From Ptychomitrium polyphyllum (taxonomy: Eukaryota), in contig OZ316775.1 in assembly GCA_973851085.1 (NCBI GenBank), forward strand, positions 22,630,001-22,694,000: DNA of 64,000 nucleotides, written 5' to 3'. The translations under genes were made by a program, and so were the position numbers. The notes beneath the pieces are model-generated. The model worked only from the letters and a program-made list of their open reading frames with translations, was not told the origin of the DNA and searched no databases. The first letter of the stretch is position 1. Each line of letters begins with the position of its first letter. Below, in pieces: positions 1 to 11,732 of this stretch.

Positions 1-1118
1 CCAAAATGGCACATTTCATTCCATGCAACTAGATGATAACGGGAGAAGAAACTGCCAAGTTGTTCCTAAATCACGTCTACTGTATACATGGACAACTAGA
101 TGCTATTGTATCGGATCAAAGGCCGCAGTTCATTTCCAACTTTTAGAAAGCTTCATTCTAGCTGTTGCGTGTAAAGATCAATCTTTCTTCAGCACACCAT
201 CCGCGAACTGATGGCCAAACCAAACGTGTAAATCAAATTTTGGAAGGATACCTTTGTTGTAGCATACTACCAGCAAGACAATTAGATGGATCTCTTGTCT
301 TTGGCAGAATTTGCTTACATCAATACGGTGCATTTTTAAACAACTCAAAGTCCATTCTTTGCAAACTATGGACATCATCCTCAAACAAATTTATTTCAAG
401 TGAAGCATGTTGGATGTCCTGCAGCAGAGGATTTTGGAACTCAACTTGCTAAAATCCATCAAGAAATTACTTTCTAATTACAACATGCTCAAGATCGTTA
501 CAAAATTTATGCAGATTGCCATCAAAAGGACCATCCAAAGTTCAAGGTTGGAGATAGCGTATGGCTCCTACGACAAAATATACAAACAAAAAGACCATCA
601 AAGAAGTTGGACTATTAAAGGCTGGAACCGTTTGAAATTAGCAAACAAGTAAATCCGGTTAGTTATTGCCTAAAGGTACCACCAAGCATGCAAATTCATC
701 TAGTATTCCACGTATTGTTGTTGGAAACCTATAACAAATCATGTATTTTAGAGAGAATTGTCCCTCCGCCTCCTCCGCTGGAAATCAATAATGAAATTGA
801 ATATGAAGTGGAAGAGATCTTAGATTCACGCATCAAGAACGGACATGTGGAGTACCTTATACATTAGCAAGGATATGGCATCAATGACCAAACATGGGAA
901 CCTTCAATGAATGTAACAAATGCTTCCGAGAAGGTACGCAAATTTCATCAAAGATATCCTCAGAAAGCAGAACAATGATAATGTCTCATCAGTAGCCGTT
1001 AGCTTCACAGAGAATTTTTTCCTTCATAGACAAGTATGAGAAGGAACGAGAAATATTCAAAACCCCAATTGTATGCAGCATTATTTCCAAGATAAATCAT
1101 ATCCAGATCCTAGCCAGT

Positions 1119-1577
1119 ATGTCAAATCTTCGTGTTAACATGGATATGCGTGAAGAGCAGTCGGCCATGCCTTCATCAACAACAACATCTATTGAGCCAA
1201 CTCAACTTTCTCAGCCCTCGGTAACGGAGGATCTAAGTCAAGATATGGAAGGGACATCCCAACGTCGAGTACGACCTTGTGCAGAAGTATTGATTAGTTG
1301 CCCTTCACAATCCAGTCTTGATTCAGATGCTCGCGCTCTAGTCATCTTGTTAGAAATTGGAAGAGTCACTTCTGGAGGACTTGAAATCTTGTTTGGAGGA
1401 TGTTTTAAAGGACTTAATCAAGATCAGATCTTGGGATGGGACATTTCAACAACAGAAATCTTGGCTGGTGGCCATCGCCACTTCTTGCAAGGACCAGTTG
1501 AATCAGTGAACAAAGAACAACAAGCAGAGTATGTTGCTTTACTCCTTCGACAAATTTTGGAATTTGTAAAAATGTGA
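1119..1577 (+). CDS. Retrotransposon-encoded extra 3' ORF (152 aa) of unknown function, between chromodomain and PPT
   Basis: Intact ATG-to-stop ORF inside the element. Its C-terminal half aligns with a decayed ORF at the same position in a different LTR family (4550-4899). Confidence 0.65.
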   Translation: MSNLRVNMDMREEQSAMPSSTTTSIEPTQLSQPSVTEDLSQDMEGTSQRRVRPCAEVLISCPSQSSLDSDARALVILLEIGRVTSGGLEILFGGCFKGLNQDQILGWDISTTEILAGGHRHFLQGPVESVNKEQQAEYVALLLRQILEFVKM

Positions 1578-1632
1578 TAAGCAAGCCAAGAAAAGAGCTC
1601 TTCATGGGACTCATCGCTAAATGGGGAGGTGA

Positions 1633-2141
1633 TGTCACGGACATAGATCATGCAACATAGTCTTTAGAATATTCTAGAACCTTCTAGTATACTATAATAG
1701 CTTCTTATAATACTTTTAGATGTCTCCATAATCTTTTCATGTTTTTAGGAAGCTTGCTAGGAAAGTTCCTCCACCTTATGAAACTTCCTAGGAAGGTTTT
1801 ATCATCTTAAGAAACTTCCTAGGAAGATTGCACTACCTTAGGAAACTTCCAAGGAAGGTTCCAACGCCTTGGAAGACTCTTAAGAAGGTTCCTTAGACTT
1901 CCAAAACATTCTTAAGCCTTGTAGGAAGCTTCTTTAGAAGTATCCTAGGAGATACAAACGTCATAGTATAAATAGGAGGCAAGACAAGGTATTCCTTAGT
2001 CTTGCCAACACAAGTTGTGGATCATCTTGAATCTTGCCTTGTTCTAGTTTTTGTATCAAGTTCTTGTTAATCATTAGCTCTTTGGAAGCTAATTATTGGA
2101 AAACACTTCGTTTCTGCTTCTTGTTTCTTGTGTCCCTAACA
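1633..2141 (+). repeat. 3' LTR, family A (509 bp)
   Basis: Begins TGTCACGGAC immediately after the PPT and ends TCCCTAACA. Contains TATAAATA at 1967-1974 and a ~31-bp tandem unit with CTTCCTAGGAAG core. Homologous to 33933-34536 and 38107-38616 (reverse strand). Confidence 0.92.
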
Positions 2142-3739
2142 CTTGGCATTAGCTAAAATTGCCTACAATAATACCACTCACGTTGACATGGTAAAAGAAC
2201 CTTGCTTTGAGAGAGCACTAGGCCTCTTGATTTTGCTAAATCCTCAATATTTTGACTAAATGGTGTTATAATTGAAGTCAATTAAGTGCAAAGTTTGTTT
2301 ATCATTCTATACATACTTTGTAAAGTTCTCATTTCAAACCCAAACCGTAACCATGTACTACCTTTGGAATCTTGCTTACAAATTTGTCCATATTTCCTAA
2401 TTTCAAAATTCAATGATTCTGATATTTTGGTACTATGTTAAAAAAAGCATGTAAAAAACTACACTAAAAGTTTCATAACTATAGCTGCTGTATTCATTGA
2501 TATCTATGCAATCAAAGCTCTCATCCTTTTCACCACACCCCCTCCACCTTACCACCTTATAACCTCTTTTCTATCATGAATCTAGATTCAAAAGTTTGTA
2601 AACATATATTTTATCTTACAATAAACGTTTCAATAAAATATCAAGCTTAGAAACTTCTCCTATCCTCTTTTGTAGCCAAAATATATTACCCCTACATTGT
2701 TGTATATTGCCTTCTAAAATCCGTTTACATTTTCTCCTACAATTCATACTACAAAACCCTTTTCCTTCAAGATTTTTATACTATCATTTTAAAGTAGTCA
2801 AAATATCACCTTACAAATCTCATCTTCAAAGACCATTTCTACAAGAAGTTATAAGCACATAAAGCAACTGCTTTCAAAATTCAAGGCAGCTGGACCAACT
2901 TTATTCAAACTAATGCCACCGTCACATAACAACTCTAAATAGAGCGTGTGATGGCATTCCTGAAAGATAACCAAAAAAAAAAAATCCAACAAAACCAATC
3001 CAAACTAAAAAGTGTACAATATGATATGGTCAAAGGAAGGGTTGCCTTAAGTAACAAGTGGGAGAGGCTCAGGGAGAAGAAAAGGGCGGTGGTCAAACTG
3101 CCACATTCGCCTCTTATTAGTCCACATCAGCCCCTAATCTCTATTATCAAGTTTTTATCTAACCATGTCTTTGAATAAAAAACAACCTAAATCCTTTTTT
3201 TTTCTTTTTTTTTCTTTTTTTTTCTTTAATTGAAACTTCTAGGTTCCAAATTACAAAGGATGATAAAACCAATCCTCACAAATTTAAAGTAGATCACTAA
3301 AACTAAAATGAAAAGAAGAAACAAGAAAAAAATTGAAATTCAATGAATATAAAGTCACTATTGAGGCAGAATCAAACACGAAGTGAAGAACTTGGTTGAT
3401 TGTATAAAGTTCAGGTGCAGAACCTATCCGAGTTTGATTCTTGTTGGGTTTGTTGACTAGAATGGCGGCACTTGGCTTGGTACTACTAGTGAGAACGACA
3501 GGCAAGAAAATAACACAGTCAATTGGCGCCTTCTCCATGAACCAAGACAAGATGCAGTTCTACTTCAAAGACACTCAAAATCGTAGATTCACCACAATCA
3601 TTTTCACCTAACTTCTCTTTTCATCCTAATACTTCTTTCTAAAACAAAATAAATCAAAATCCACAAAATAATACATATTAGCTAAATTTAAACCAAATAA
3701 CTATTTACAGCACAACAACGCTTTCACCCAACAAACGCC

Positions 3740-5365
3740 ATTCTACTCCAATTATGGACATCATCTAAAAATAGATATATTAGAGCCTCCACAATCTAAA
3801 AATCCAACAACATAAGAATTTGTCAAAATAATGACAAAGCTTCAAACAACCATGAAGTATCAACTATAAGAAGCTCAAAGACGATACAAAACGGCAACAA
3901 ATGCAAGAAGGAAGGAACAACCTCCATTCCAAGTTGGTGAGAAGGTATGGCTCTTTCAATGCAATATAAGGACCAAGAGGCCATATGACAAGTTATAATA
4001 TTGCAAATTGGGACTATTTGCAATCAAAAAACAAGTCAACCACGTGGCATATTGTTTAGAACTACCAACATCAATGAAGGTACATCTTGTCTTCCACGTT
4101 TCACTTTTGGAAACTTATAAGGATCAAGTATTCTTGGACAAAGGCAGCTGCCACTACCTATGGTCCAAATCAACAATCATCATGAATTTGAAGTGGAATA
4201 AGTGCTTGACTTACGGATAAGACGTGGAAAGTTGGACTATTTAGTACATTGGCGCTGATATGACATTAGTGAATGTATATGGGAGCCAACTAATAACCTT
4301 GTCATTTTTATTAGTAAAAGTTTGTGACTTCCATCAACAACATCCATCTAAACCAAAAGTAGCAGTAGATGGAGTAGTGGCTTGGTAAGACTATGTAACC
4401 TTGAAGGTTCTTGATGCTTGGGTTTTTAAGTAGGAGAGAAAGCAGTTCCTAGATCATAAATTTTAAAAGTCCTAGACATGATTTAGAAATTAGTTGTTTG
4501 TATTTTGAAGTTTGTCAGGGTTTATTGAGACTAGCTCAATATATTAAATATGGACAGTCAAGATGTAGGTACCATGCCAGTGGTGTCAACCCAACCAAGT
4601 GGCTCTTGTCAACGGCCTCGTGATGAAAAACATATTGGACCAAGAAGATGTCGAAGGATATCTAGCAATAGATTGTTGGTGATTGTCTTTAAAGTGGAGC
4701 TGTTTACGAAAATTATCCAGAAGCTATTTTTGAAGGATGCTTTCACAACAAAGATACAAAAATTTATGCTTAGTCCCAAGTAGAAGGTGTTGGACACTAT
4801 TGGTGGTTACAAGGAGCCATGAACCATTTGAATCAATAAAAATAATTGGAGTATGTTGCAGATACCATGCAACGAATCTTTGACTTTTTACGACCTTGAG
4901 CATTTGTTACTTTTTGAACACCTTAGAGCTAGAAGGGGAGGTGATGTCATAGACATACATATTAGAAGCATCTAGAAAGGTTCTTAGAAGATTTTGGAAG
5001 CTTCCAAAGAAATTACCTTGGATTCAGAAAGCTTCTAAGGAAATTATCTTTGAGTTAGGAAGCTTCTAAAGAAGTTGCCTTGGCTTAGGAAGCTTCCAAG
5101 GAAACAACTCAAGGTTGCTTGAATACAAAACAATGTAGGTCAAGCTTCTCAAGAATCTTCCAAGGCTTGTAGTTTTGGTATATATAAGAGTCGCGACTAA
5201 ATAGCACTTCAGTCTCAACAACACATCTCTTGTAGTCTACTTTAGACCTTCTGGCCTTGTCTTTTGTACCTTGTTGTAGCTCTTTATCTCTAGTATACTT
5301 GGACTTATCTTGTTCTACATCCTAGAATTTTGAAGCCTTGTCTTGTAGTTATTTTGTCCGTAACA
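3740..5365 (+). mobile_element. 5'-truncated decayed Ty3/gypsy chromovirus (family B): integrase C-terminus, chromodomain, degenerate extra ORF, PPT and 3' LTR
   Basis: Translation remnants [45 protein letters not shown] and chromodomain EFEVE...YLVHW...WEP. PPT AGAAGGGGAGGTGA at 4931-4944. Confidence 0.88.
4945..5365 (+). repeat. 3' LTR, family B (421 bp)
   Basis: TGTCATAGAC...GTCCGTAACA termini directly after the PPT, internal GGAAGCTTC tandem units and TATATAAG box. Homologous to 31887-32182. Confidence 0.88.
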
Positions 5366-6631
5366 CTTACTTGTAAAAACAACGCCTTTAATTATCAAAG
5401 GCTTACTACTTAACGACTTATAAACTTTCAAGAAGAAAAAATTAAAAATTCATCAAGTACTGCTTTGCAAATTGGACAAGACTTCAATTGGCCATGAAAT
5501 GTTTGGACATATTCTTTCCAAAAGGCATATAAAAGAAGGAAACCATGAAAAAATAAATCTTTGTATGGTCCATTCCGTTCACAAGATAGATGCTGCTATT
5601 TTTAAGATGATTTCACAATCAGGACTAAGCAAATTCATAGTTGTTCCTTGGTGCTTTAAAAAATTGGAATCTAGACAAGTTTAAGGGAAGTTCCATCTCT
5701 TCTTTCAATGTCCATGCAAAATGTGGCTTAAAGTCTTGTGTTTCTTGCCTCTTACAATACATTGTCTTGAGTTTTGATTCAAGCACACATTTAATTATAA
5801 AGTTCCAATTCCTGATTGTGCATCAAAAAGCATCACATTTAAATAGGAGATTACAATAATAATACAGATTATTTAATTGAGGATGGAGAAAGGTTACAAA
5901 ATACAAAATAAATACAATATACATTCAAACATCACTTCACTTTAGCAATAAGTCAAACCATGGTTTTGAAGAGACACGTATGAGAGCTTTTTTTCTAAAC
6001 CATGAAGCTTCTCTAATTTATATGTACACATGGTTAACCTTGCCATTGACCTTGCAATTCATAGTTTCACCAGTATATTGATGTGCCTCCACTGAATTAG
6101 TTTAAGCAAGCAAGTGTTTTTCCATAATCAATTCAATTTTACAAAGCTCAAAGAAGACTATTCAACCATGTTATTCAAACATAAACATTATGATCCAATT
6201 TTTTGCAAATAATTCTAAGGCTGAGGAAAATCATGACAAAAAAAATCCACTATAAACCAAATGACACCATACTACAACTTAAGTATACAATTTGACAAGC
6301 ACATTGTACTTTACTACTAATTCATTAGTATTATAAGTACATGAAGTCAAGAAGAAAATAGAGATGAGCAACAAGCAAGAAAAAAACTCCTCAAAATAAA
6401 ACTTGTTTAGCAACAAATAAGAAGATATGGTCCACACAAACAAGAACATATGGTCCTTGCAATAAAAATGGTGATTTTCTCTTTTATCTAATTAGACGTA
6501 TGGTTATTTTGGAAGTAAATATTCATCTCCCTTCTTCCAAAAATTTTGACCTTATTTTCTTTGAGCTTTTTGAGTACGATACTATATTATAGGATTTCTT
6601 TTTTCAACTATAAAGACCCTTGAGATTAATT

Positions 6632-8861
6632 TCATTTTGCTAAAAGAATATGCAAATCGCCCAAAGTCACTTTTGGCAAGATAGTCCCTTGCAAATTAAT
6701 GTAACCTCCGCCGCCGCCGCCGCCACCACCTCCACTTCCAACACCGGGACAAAATCCTATGCAAATTCCACTACCACCGCCACCCCCGCCTCCCCCGCCA
6801 CCTCCTCTGTTTCTTCTTCCTCCACCACCCCCACCCCCCCCTCCCCCTCCCCCTCCCCCTCCGCCTCCGCCTCCGCCCCCACCGCCACCACCCCCGCCAC
6901 CTCCCCCGCCACCCCCTCCTCCGGAAGGAGGGTTATTAGATCCTCCAGGACCTTGAGGACCACCCCCCCACGGTCCACTAGGATTATTGTAAGGGCCCCC
7001 TGGGTCTCGAGGACCTCCCCACCACGGTCCCCCCGGCCCCAGAGGACCACCTCCATAAGGCCCACCCCCATAAGGCCCACCACCACCCCTCGGACCATTC
7101 CCCCATCGACGATTTGGTCCGTTTTGGAACCCTCCTGAACGATCATCATCCCTACCCGGATGATCACCATCGAAATCCCCATTCTCGTCCTCTCGCCCGC
7201 GACGATCATCCCCCCATCCTCCGTTCTCGTTCCCACCTCCAGTTCCCCTGTTCTCACCCCCAGTTCCCCAGTCTTGCCGCGTCTCCCAATCGCCGGCATC
7301 GTCATCTGCAATGAGAGGTGTTGAAACTCATGAACCGCAGGCTTGTTTCAACAATATTGTGCTCGCAAGAATATTTTTAAGTTATCTAGAGTTACTTGAA
7401 GTTGTTATTGTGGGAACAGGCTGGGAGAACAAAGTTTCGGTGCAATGGAGAGATTCTTGTAAAGATTGAACAAGGATGTGGTTAGGGGAAGTGCGAGAGG
7501 GAGGCAGAGAGACGATCTTACCCTTGTGATCAATCTTCATGAATTTTGATGGCAACGAAGATGATACTTGTGCACTAGCCGAGCTGCCTTCTTTTGTAGC
7601 TGGTGCTTGGCGGTTGTTATGGTTCTTGGTCTTGGAAGTTTTTTCCTCGGCTCCGCTGTGAATTGCTGTTTTTTGGCTTGCATCTCCACCGCCTCCTCCG
7701 CCCCCACCTCCACCTCCGCCCCCTCCTGTGCGGACACAATAGAAGATTGCACCGCGGATTCAGGATAGTAATTGCTTATTAGATTGTAATAACGAGTTTC
7801 TTGCAAGCTGTTGTTAACTTGGTTGGACCTTATGTTTGTGAGAAAAGAGGGGAGATTTTGGATTGTAGTGGCGAAGAGCATCAGAGAATTGTACCTCCAC
7901 CACCACCACCACCACCACCACCACCACCACCATCCCCGCCGCTTCCACCATCACCTCCTCCACCTACCCCACGTCCATCACCACCTCCCCCACCTCCACA
8001 CCCGCCTCCATTGCCTCCTCTGCCTCCCTGTCGTCCTCCTGGTTGGCCGTTACCCCCACGACCAGGACATGGCCTATGATTACCCCGGGGTTTGTGAGTC
8101 AAGATCGCCACCTGTAAATAGAGCAATCCAGAGCCTGTTGAGCAAGAACTTAGACATACTGATATGCAAAACTTTGGTGTCTTTTGAACTTTCAACTGCA
8201 AGCTCGGTATCGACGAGAAGATGGCCTAATCATAAGACGCCTCTTAGTATCAACTCACGGCTACGATATTCAGTTGTGATGAAATCCTGTTGGAGACAAG
8301 AAAGCGTTGAATTGAAGCTTCGGATCCCTTCCCAGATTTGCATCAGGTAGTTGGTATCGTTCAAGAAGATATCATGAATACGAATTCAATGCAGCGATCT
8401 CTAGAGTAATGGACCTTGAATCCGAGCGCCGGATTACTCAATCTCCGAGATTATTCCAACGCAGGAAGAACTCAAGTGAAAGCAAACTTCCAGTAAAAAC
8501 CTGCCTTTGAATTCGAGTTCCACACATTAGTGGAGCTTTTCTAAAACCAAAGTTTGTATATGAATATTTCTGCAAGGCAATAGGCGATTTCTATACTGAC
8601 CTCTCCATAAAGTTCTTCTCCATGGATGTCCTCCAAACGCCGCTCCAGTAGTGCACTCATGGCAACAGCTACATCCACGTCTCCTAGCTTTCCTTGCTCC
8701 ATCGCGAGCAAGCTCCGTCTCCCATGATTAGCTCCATCTTCATGAGCACCATGTCCTGCAAAACTACTGAAAACTGCTACTCTGCCTGCCGCTACTGCTG
8801 TTAGAAAGCAGCATGACGCCAGCACTAAAAGAATTACAAACCAACATTGAGATGCCGCCAT
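6632..8861 (-). CDS. Secreted glycine-rich protein (451 aa), 4 exons: 8861-8601, 8111-7895, 7725-7522, 7305-6632
   Basis: Exon 1 encodes a signal-peptide-like MAASQCWFVILLVLASCCFLTAVAA. All three introns are GT-AG with matching phases (0,1,1). The spliced length of 1356 nt is open to TGA at 6632-6634. The product has poly-Gly tracts and GGPYGGGP/GPWGGG repeats. The last stop could be replaced by a further exon. Confidence 0.8.
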
Positions 8862-10241
8862 AGCTGATCCCTCACTCACCAAGAGCAGTCCACAGAATCA
8901 GAAGCGACTTTGCAACCTGCAAACCTAAATTAGGTCCTTCTGAACCTCGGAGGTGAATGCAAGGTGCACATGATCAAGTGGCCCAGCCAGAATGTGAAGA
9001 GACGGGCTTTGGGACATAATTATGTAGGGAATGGAATGTTGATAAGCTGTGTCTAGCGCTGTCATACATGCAGTACAATTGGGTAGGTGCAGGTTCTTCA
9101 AGTGGCCCTTCATGCCAGGTCCTTGTGCGCCTACACTATTCATAGAAACTCTATTTTGCACGACTGATGACCATGTGGTATAATCCACCAAGCAACAAAG
9201 AAAAATCATTGTTGGTGTTGTACTACGATCTGAGCCACCAAGTTTCCACAGAAAACAGCTGCACCTGTGCAGCTTATCTGTACAGGTGCAGCTGCCTGGA
9301 ATTCTGATAAGCCTACACTTACTTGTGCATCAAGCGAGACTTGCCACTACTTCCTCTAGATGTACGGTTAATAAATAATGCGTTTGAACTAACAAAGCCA
9401 TAGCAAGATGTTTATTTGAGGGACGATGAAGAGCAGCCTCGCAGCAAGTGGCAACAGCAACCCTCGCGACAAGAACATGACTTCAGCTTATCGGAAGCAC
9501 AAAAAGAAATAATGAAACTAGGTTCTAAACAAGCATCGTTTACCATTCTTTTACACCCTGTCTGCAGAACTCGTACGAGTAGACGGAATTGAACAGATTC
9601 AACCATTAATGAGTAAGATGGACTCAAAGCAATGCATCTTTGATAAGTACCATCTCAAAACCGGTTCGAGCTGCTACATAAATTACACTGACTTCTCAAT
9701 TATGAACAGCTGCTTCACCGCTCTTCCAAGAGGAACCCATCAACATCAAATTCCTTCATAAAGCTTCTCCTTGTATTCTAAAATCCACAGATCCACAGAG
9801 ATATAGACACACCAACAGCATCTAAATTAAAACATCTACATTTCTTGTAACAAGGTAGGAATATTCATAACGTTGCAAATACAGAGAATTGCATTATGAT
9901 CGATGCTCAATCGCGACAAATCGTTTAAATTCTACTCCATCTTTAAGCTTATATTCAGAACAAATCTCAACAGCTGTATGAAGACAATACAGTACACATA
10001 CAGCTGCTTGCGCTCGCAGCTTGAGAGAATTACGGTATATCAACTCATTTGCTCCAGAGGTTACCTCTCCACACAGCAAGAGTGAAGAACCATCTCATAA
10101 GAAAACGTCTAAACTAAAATGTGTATGAATGACGTTGAACAAAAACCAATGTAACAATAATCATTGTCTTCGTCTTGCGAATGAATCCCTTCCATAAACT
10201 AAAACTAAACCTAACTTCTGAGATTTTGGCATTGCAAATGC

Positions 10242-11732
10242 TTACCAAATCTCCCTTGAAGCAGTTGGCGCCTTCACTCTCTGCACCTGAGCACGAATTT
10301 GGGCAACACTCTCTTCGTCTTCTTCCTCATCCCATTCATCATCACCGTCGTCAGCTTCTTCCTCATCCCATTCATCATCACCGTCCTCATCTTCGTCACC
10401 GTCCTCCTCGTCGTCGCTAATCTCGTCCAGCTTCTCGTCGATCCTTCCTTGCTCGAGAATAGCAGTCATTCTCTCCTTCAGCAGTACCAAAGGATCCTTC
10501 TCCTTGAGCTCCGAGTCTTCATAGGCTTCGCGCAGAAACACACTATCGCGAACTCCCTTCAGCGAAACATAAAAATACTCCGGATGCCGGATGAGCATCG
10601 ACCTAATCCGCTGGGAAAATTTGAAGTCGCGGCGGAAGTGAGTGAGATGGTCGACGAGAATCCGCTTCTCCGACGTCAAGCTCAAGAGCTCGTGCACCAC
10701 CAAGACCGCTGCCTTCTCTGCTTCAGCAGAGCTTGGGTTTAGCCCAGTTTTGTCACCATACGGGGAGATTGCGGGAACCTCCTGGAATTTGAGAAGTTTT
10801 TCGCGGTCCTTTTTCTTGATTTGCTGCCCTTTCGGTAGGTTGAGGTTCTTCTTCGTAAACCTCGGAGTTCGTGCGAGAACGGACTCTTCCTCTTCGACTA
10901 CCTCCTCGCCTGAGCTTCTCGCGAGGTCGTCCTCCAGCTCTTGTCGTGCTTTCAGTTTCTCCTCAGCGGCTTCCTCCAGGGAAGTCACTGCAAGGGATGA
11001 ATCCCACCCCTCGAGAATTAGAAGCGGGCCGAGAGAGCAGGTGCCCATCTTGAAATACTGGGAATGTCGAGGTAAAAAGTCCGATGTTGCGAAGTCGTCT
11101 GGTAACCCTAGGTCGCGACGGATGTGTTTGACCTTCTGGAGCGCAATGCTGTTGTCGATCGACATCATGAGGAGTTTCCTGAGCTTCGTCACAGCTACGT
11201 CCTCCATCTCCTTCTTCAGCTTCTGTTCCTCCCGGTACTGCTTCTTCGCTTGGGGTGTGAACCTGAAGTACATTGCGTTGCATCCTTCTTCGTAGACTTG
11301 AAAGACTGTGGAGAATTTGTTTAGTAATGCGATAACTCTCTTCTTCCCTGTTAGCCCTAGGTATCTCCTATGCTTGCCTAAGTCTCGGAGCGACATTACC
11401 TGACCGGGTTGCTTCACGAGAATCTCCTTGATCCTCATCACGCGCTTCAGCTTCTTCTCCCTCTGAATTACCGAGTCAAGTTTGTAATCCTTCTTTCGCT
11501 TTATCAGAGCCGTGACCAGGAGACGCTTGGTCTTTCCAGCAGGAGCGAAATTGGAAGCGAACGAGCATCTTAGACTCTGCGTACATCCTAGAAACGATAG
11601 CCGGCTCAACACAATAGACTCCGCTACTACTCCAGGACGGCCAACAAGAGACGACGCGAGCGAGTGGCCGTCCCTCTGCCGAGTTCCACAGGAGGCCGCA
11701 AACCGTCCGCTCACCGACGCTTGTAAAGCCAT
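10242..11732 (-). CDS. WTF1: Chloroplast PORR-domain RNA-binding protein, WHAT'S THIS FACTOR 1 homolog (group II intron splicing)
   Basis: Single long ORF from MALQAS with transit-peptide-like N-terminus. PORR/WTF1 motifs VIQREKKLK, KLRKLLMMS, DLGLPDDF, HELLSLTSEKRILVDHLTHFRRDF, MLIRHPEYFYVSLKGVRDSVFLREAY, followed by an acidic tail. Confidence 0.92.
   Translation of the reverse strand: MALQASVSGRFAASCGTRQRDGHSLASSLVGRPGVVAESIVLSRLSFLGCTQSLRCSFASNFAPAGKTKRLLVTALIKRKKDYKLDSVIQREKKLKRVMRIKEILVKQPGQVMSLRDLGKHRRYLGLTGKKRVIALLNKFSTVFQVYEEGCNAMYFRFTPQAKKQYREEQKLKKEMEDVAVTKLRKLLMMSIDNSIALQKVKHIRRDLGLPDDFATSDFLPRHSQYFKMGTCSLGPLLILEGWDSSLAVTSLEEAAEEKLKARQELEDDLARSSGEEVVEEEESVLARTPRFTKKNLNLPKGQQIKKKDREKLLKFQEVPAISPYGDKTGLNPSSAEAEKAAVLVVHELLSLTSEKRILVDHLTHFRRDFKFSQRIRSMLIRHPEYFYVSLKGVRDSVFLREAYEDSELKEKDPLVLLKERMTAILEQGRIDEKLDEISDDEEDGDEDEDGDDEWDEEEADDGDDEWDEEEDEESVAQIRAQVQRVKAPTASREIW

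Larger units (their letters stand above)
1..2141 (+). mobile_element. 3' part of a decayed Ty3/gypsy chromovirus (family A): integrase core, GPY/F module, chromodomain, extra 3' ORF, PPT and 3' LTR
   Basis: Interrupted translation gives integrase motifs KMAHFIPC, IVSDQ, SSAHHPRTDGQTKRVNQILE, then GPY/F-like MQIHLVFHVLLLE and chromodomain EYEVEEILDSR...TWEP...FHQRYP ending near 978. Stops and frameshifts are present. Polypurine tract ATGGGGAGGTGA at 1621-1632 abuts the LTR. Confidence 0.93.

Noticed and set aside
2142..2150. CTTGGCA after the first LTR resembles the family A PBS
   Set aside because: The match is only 7 nt, no leader or gag follows, and the LTR is preceded by a PPT, so it is a 3' LTR. 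Probably chance.
6650..8350. Plus-strand poly-Pro, poly-His and Thr/Pro-rich ORFs resembling extensin or formin
   Set aside because: They are antisense shadows of Gly codons. The signal peptide and phase-consistent splice sites are all on the minus strand.
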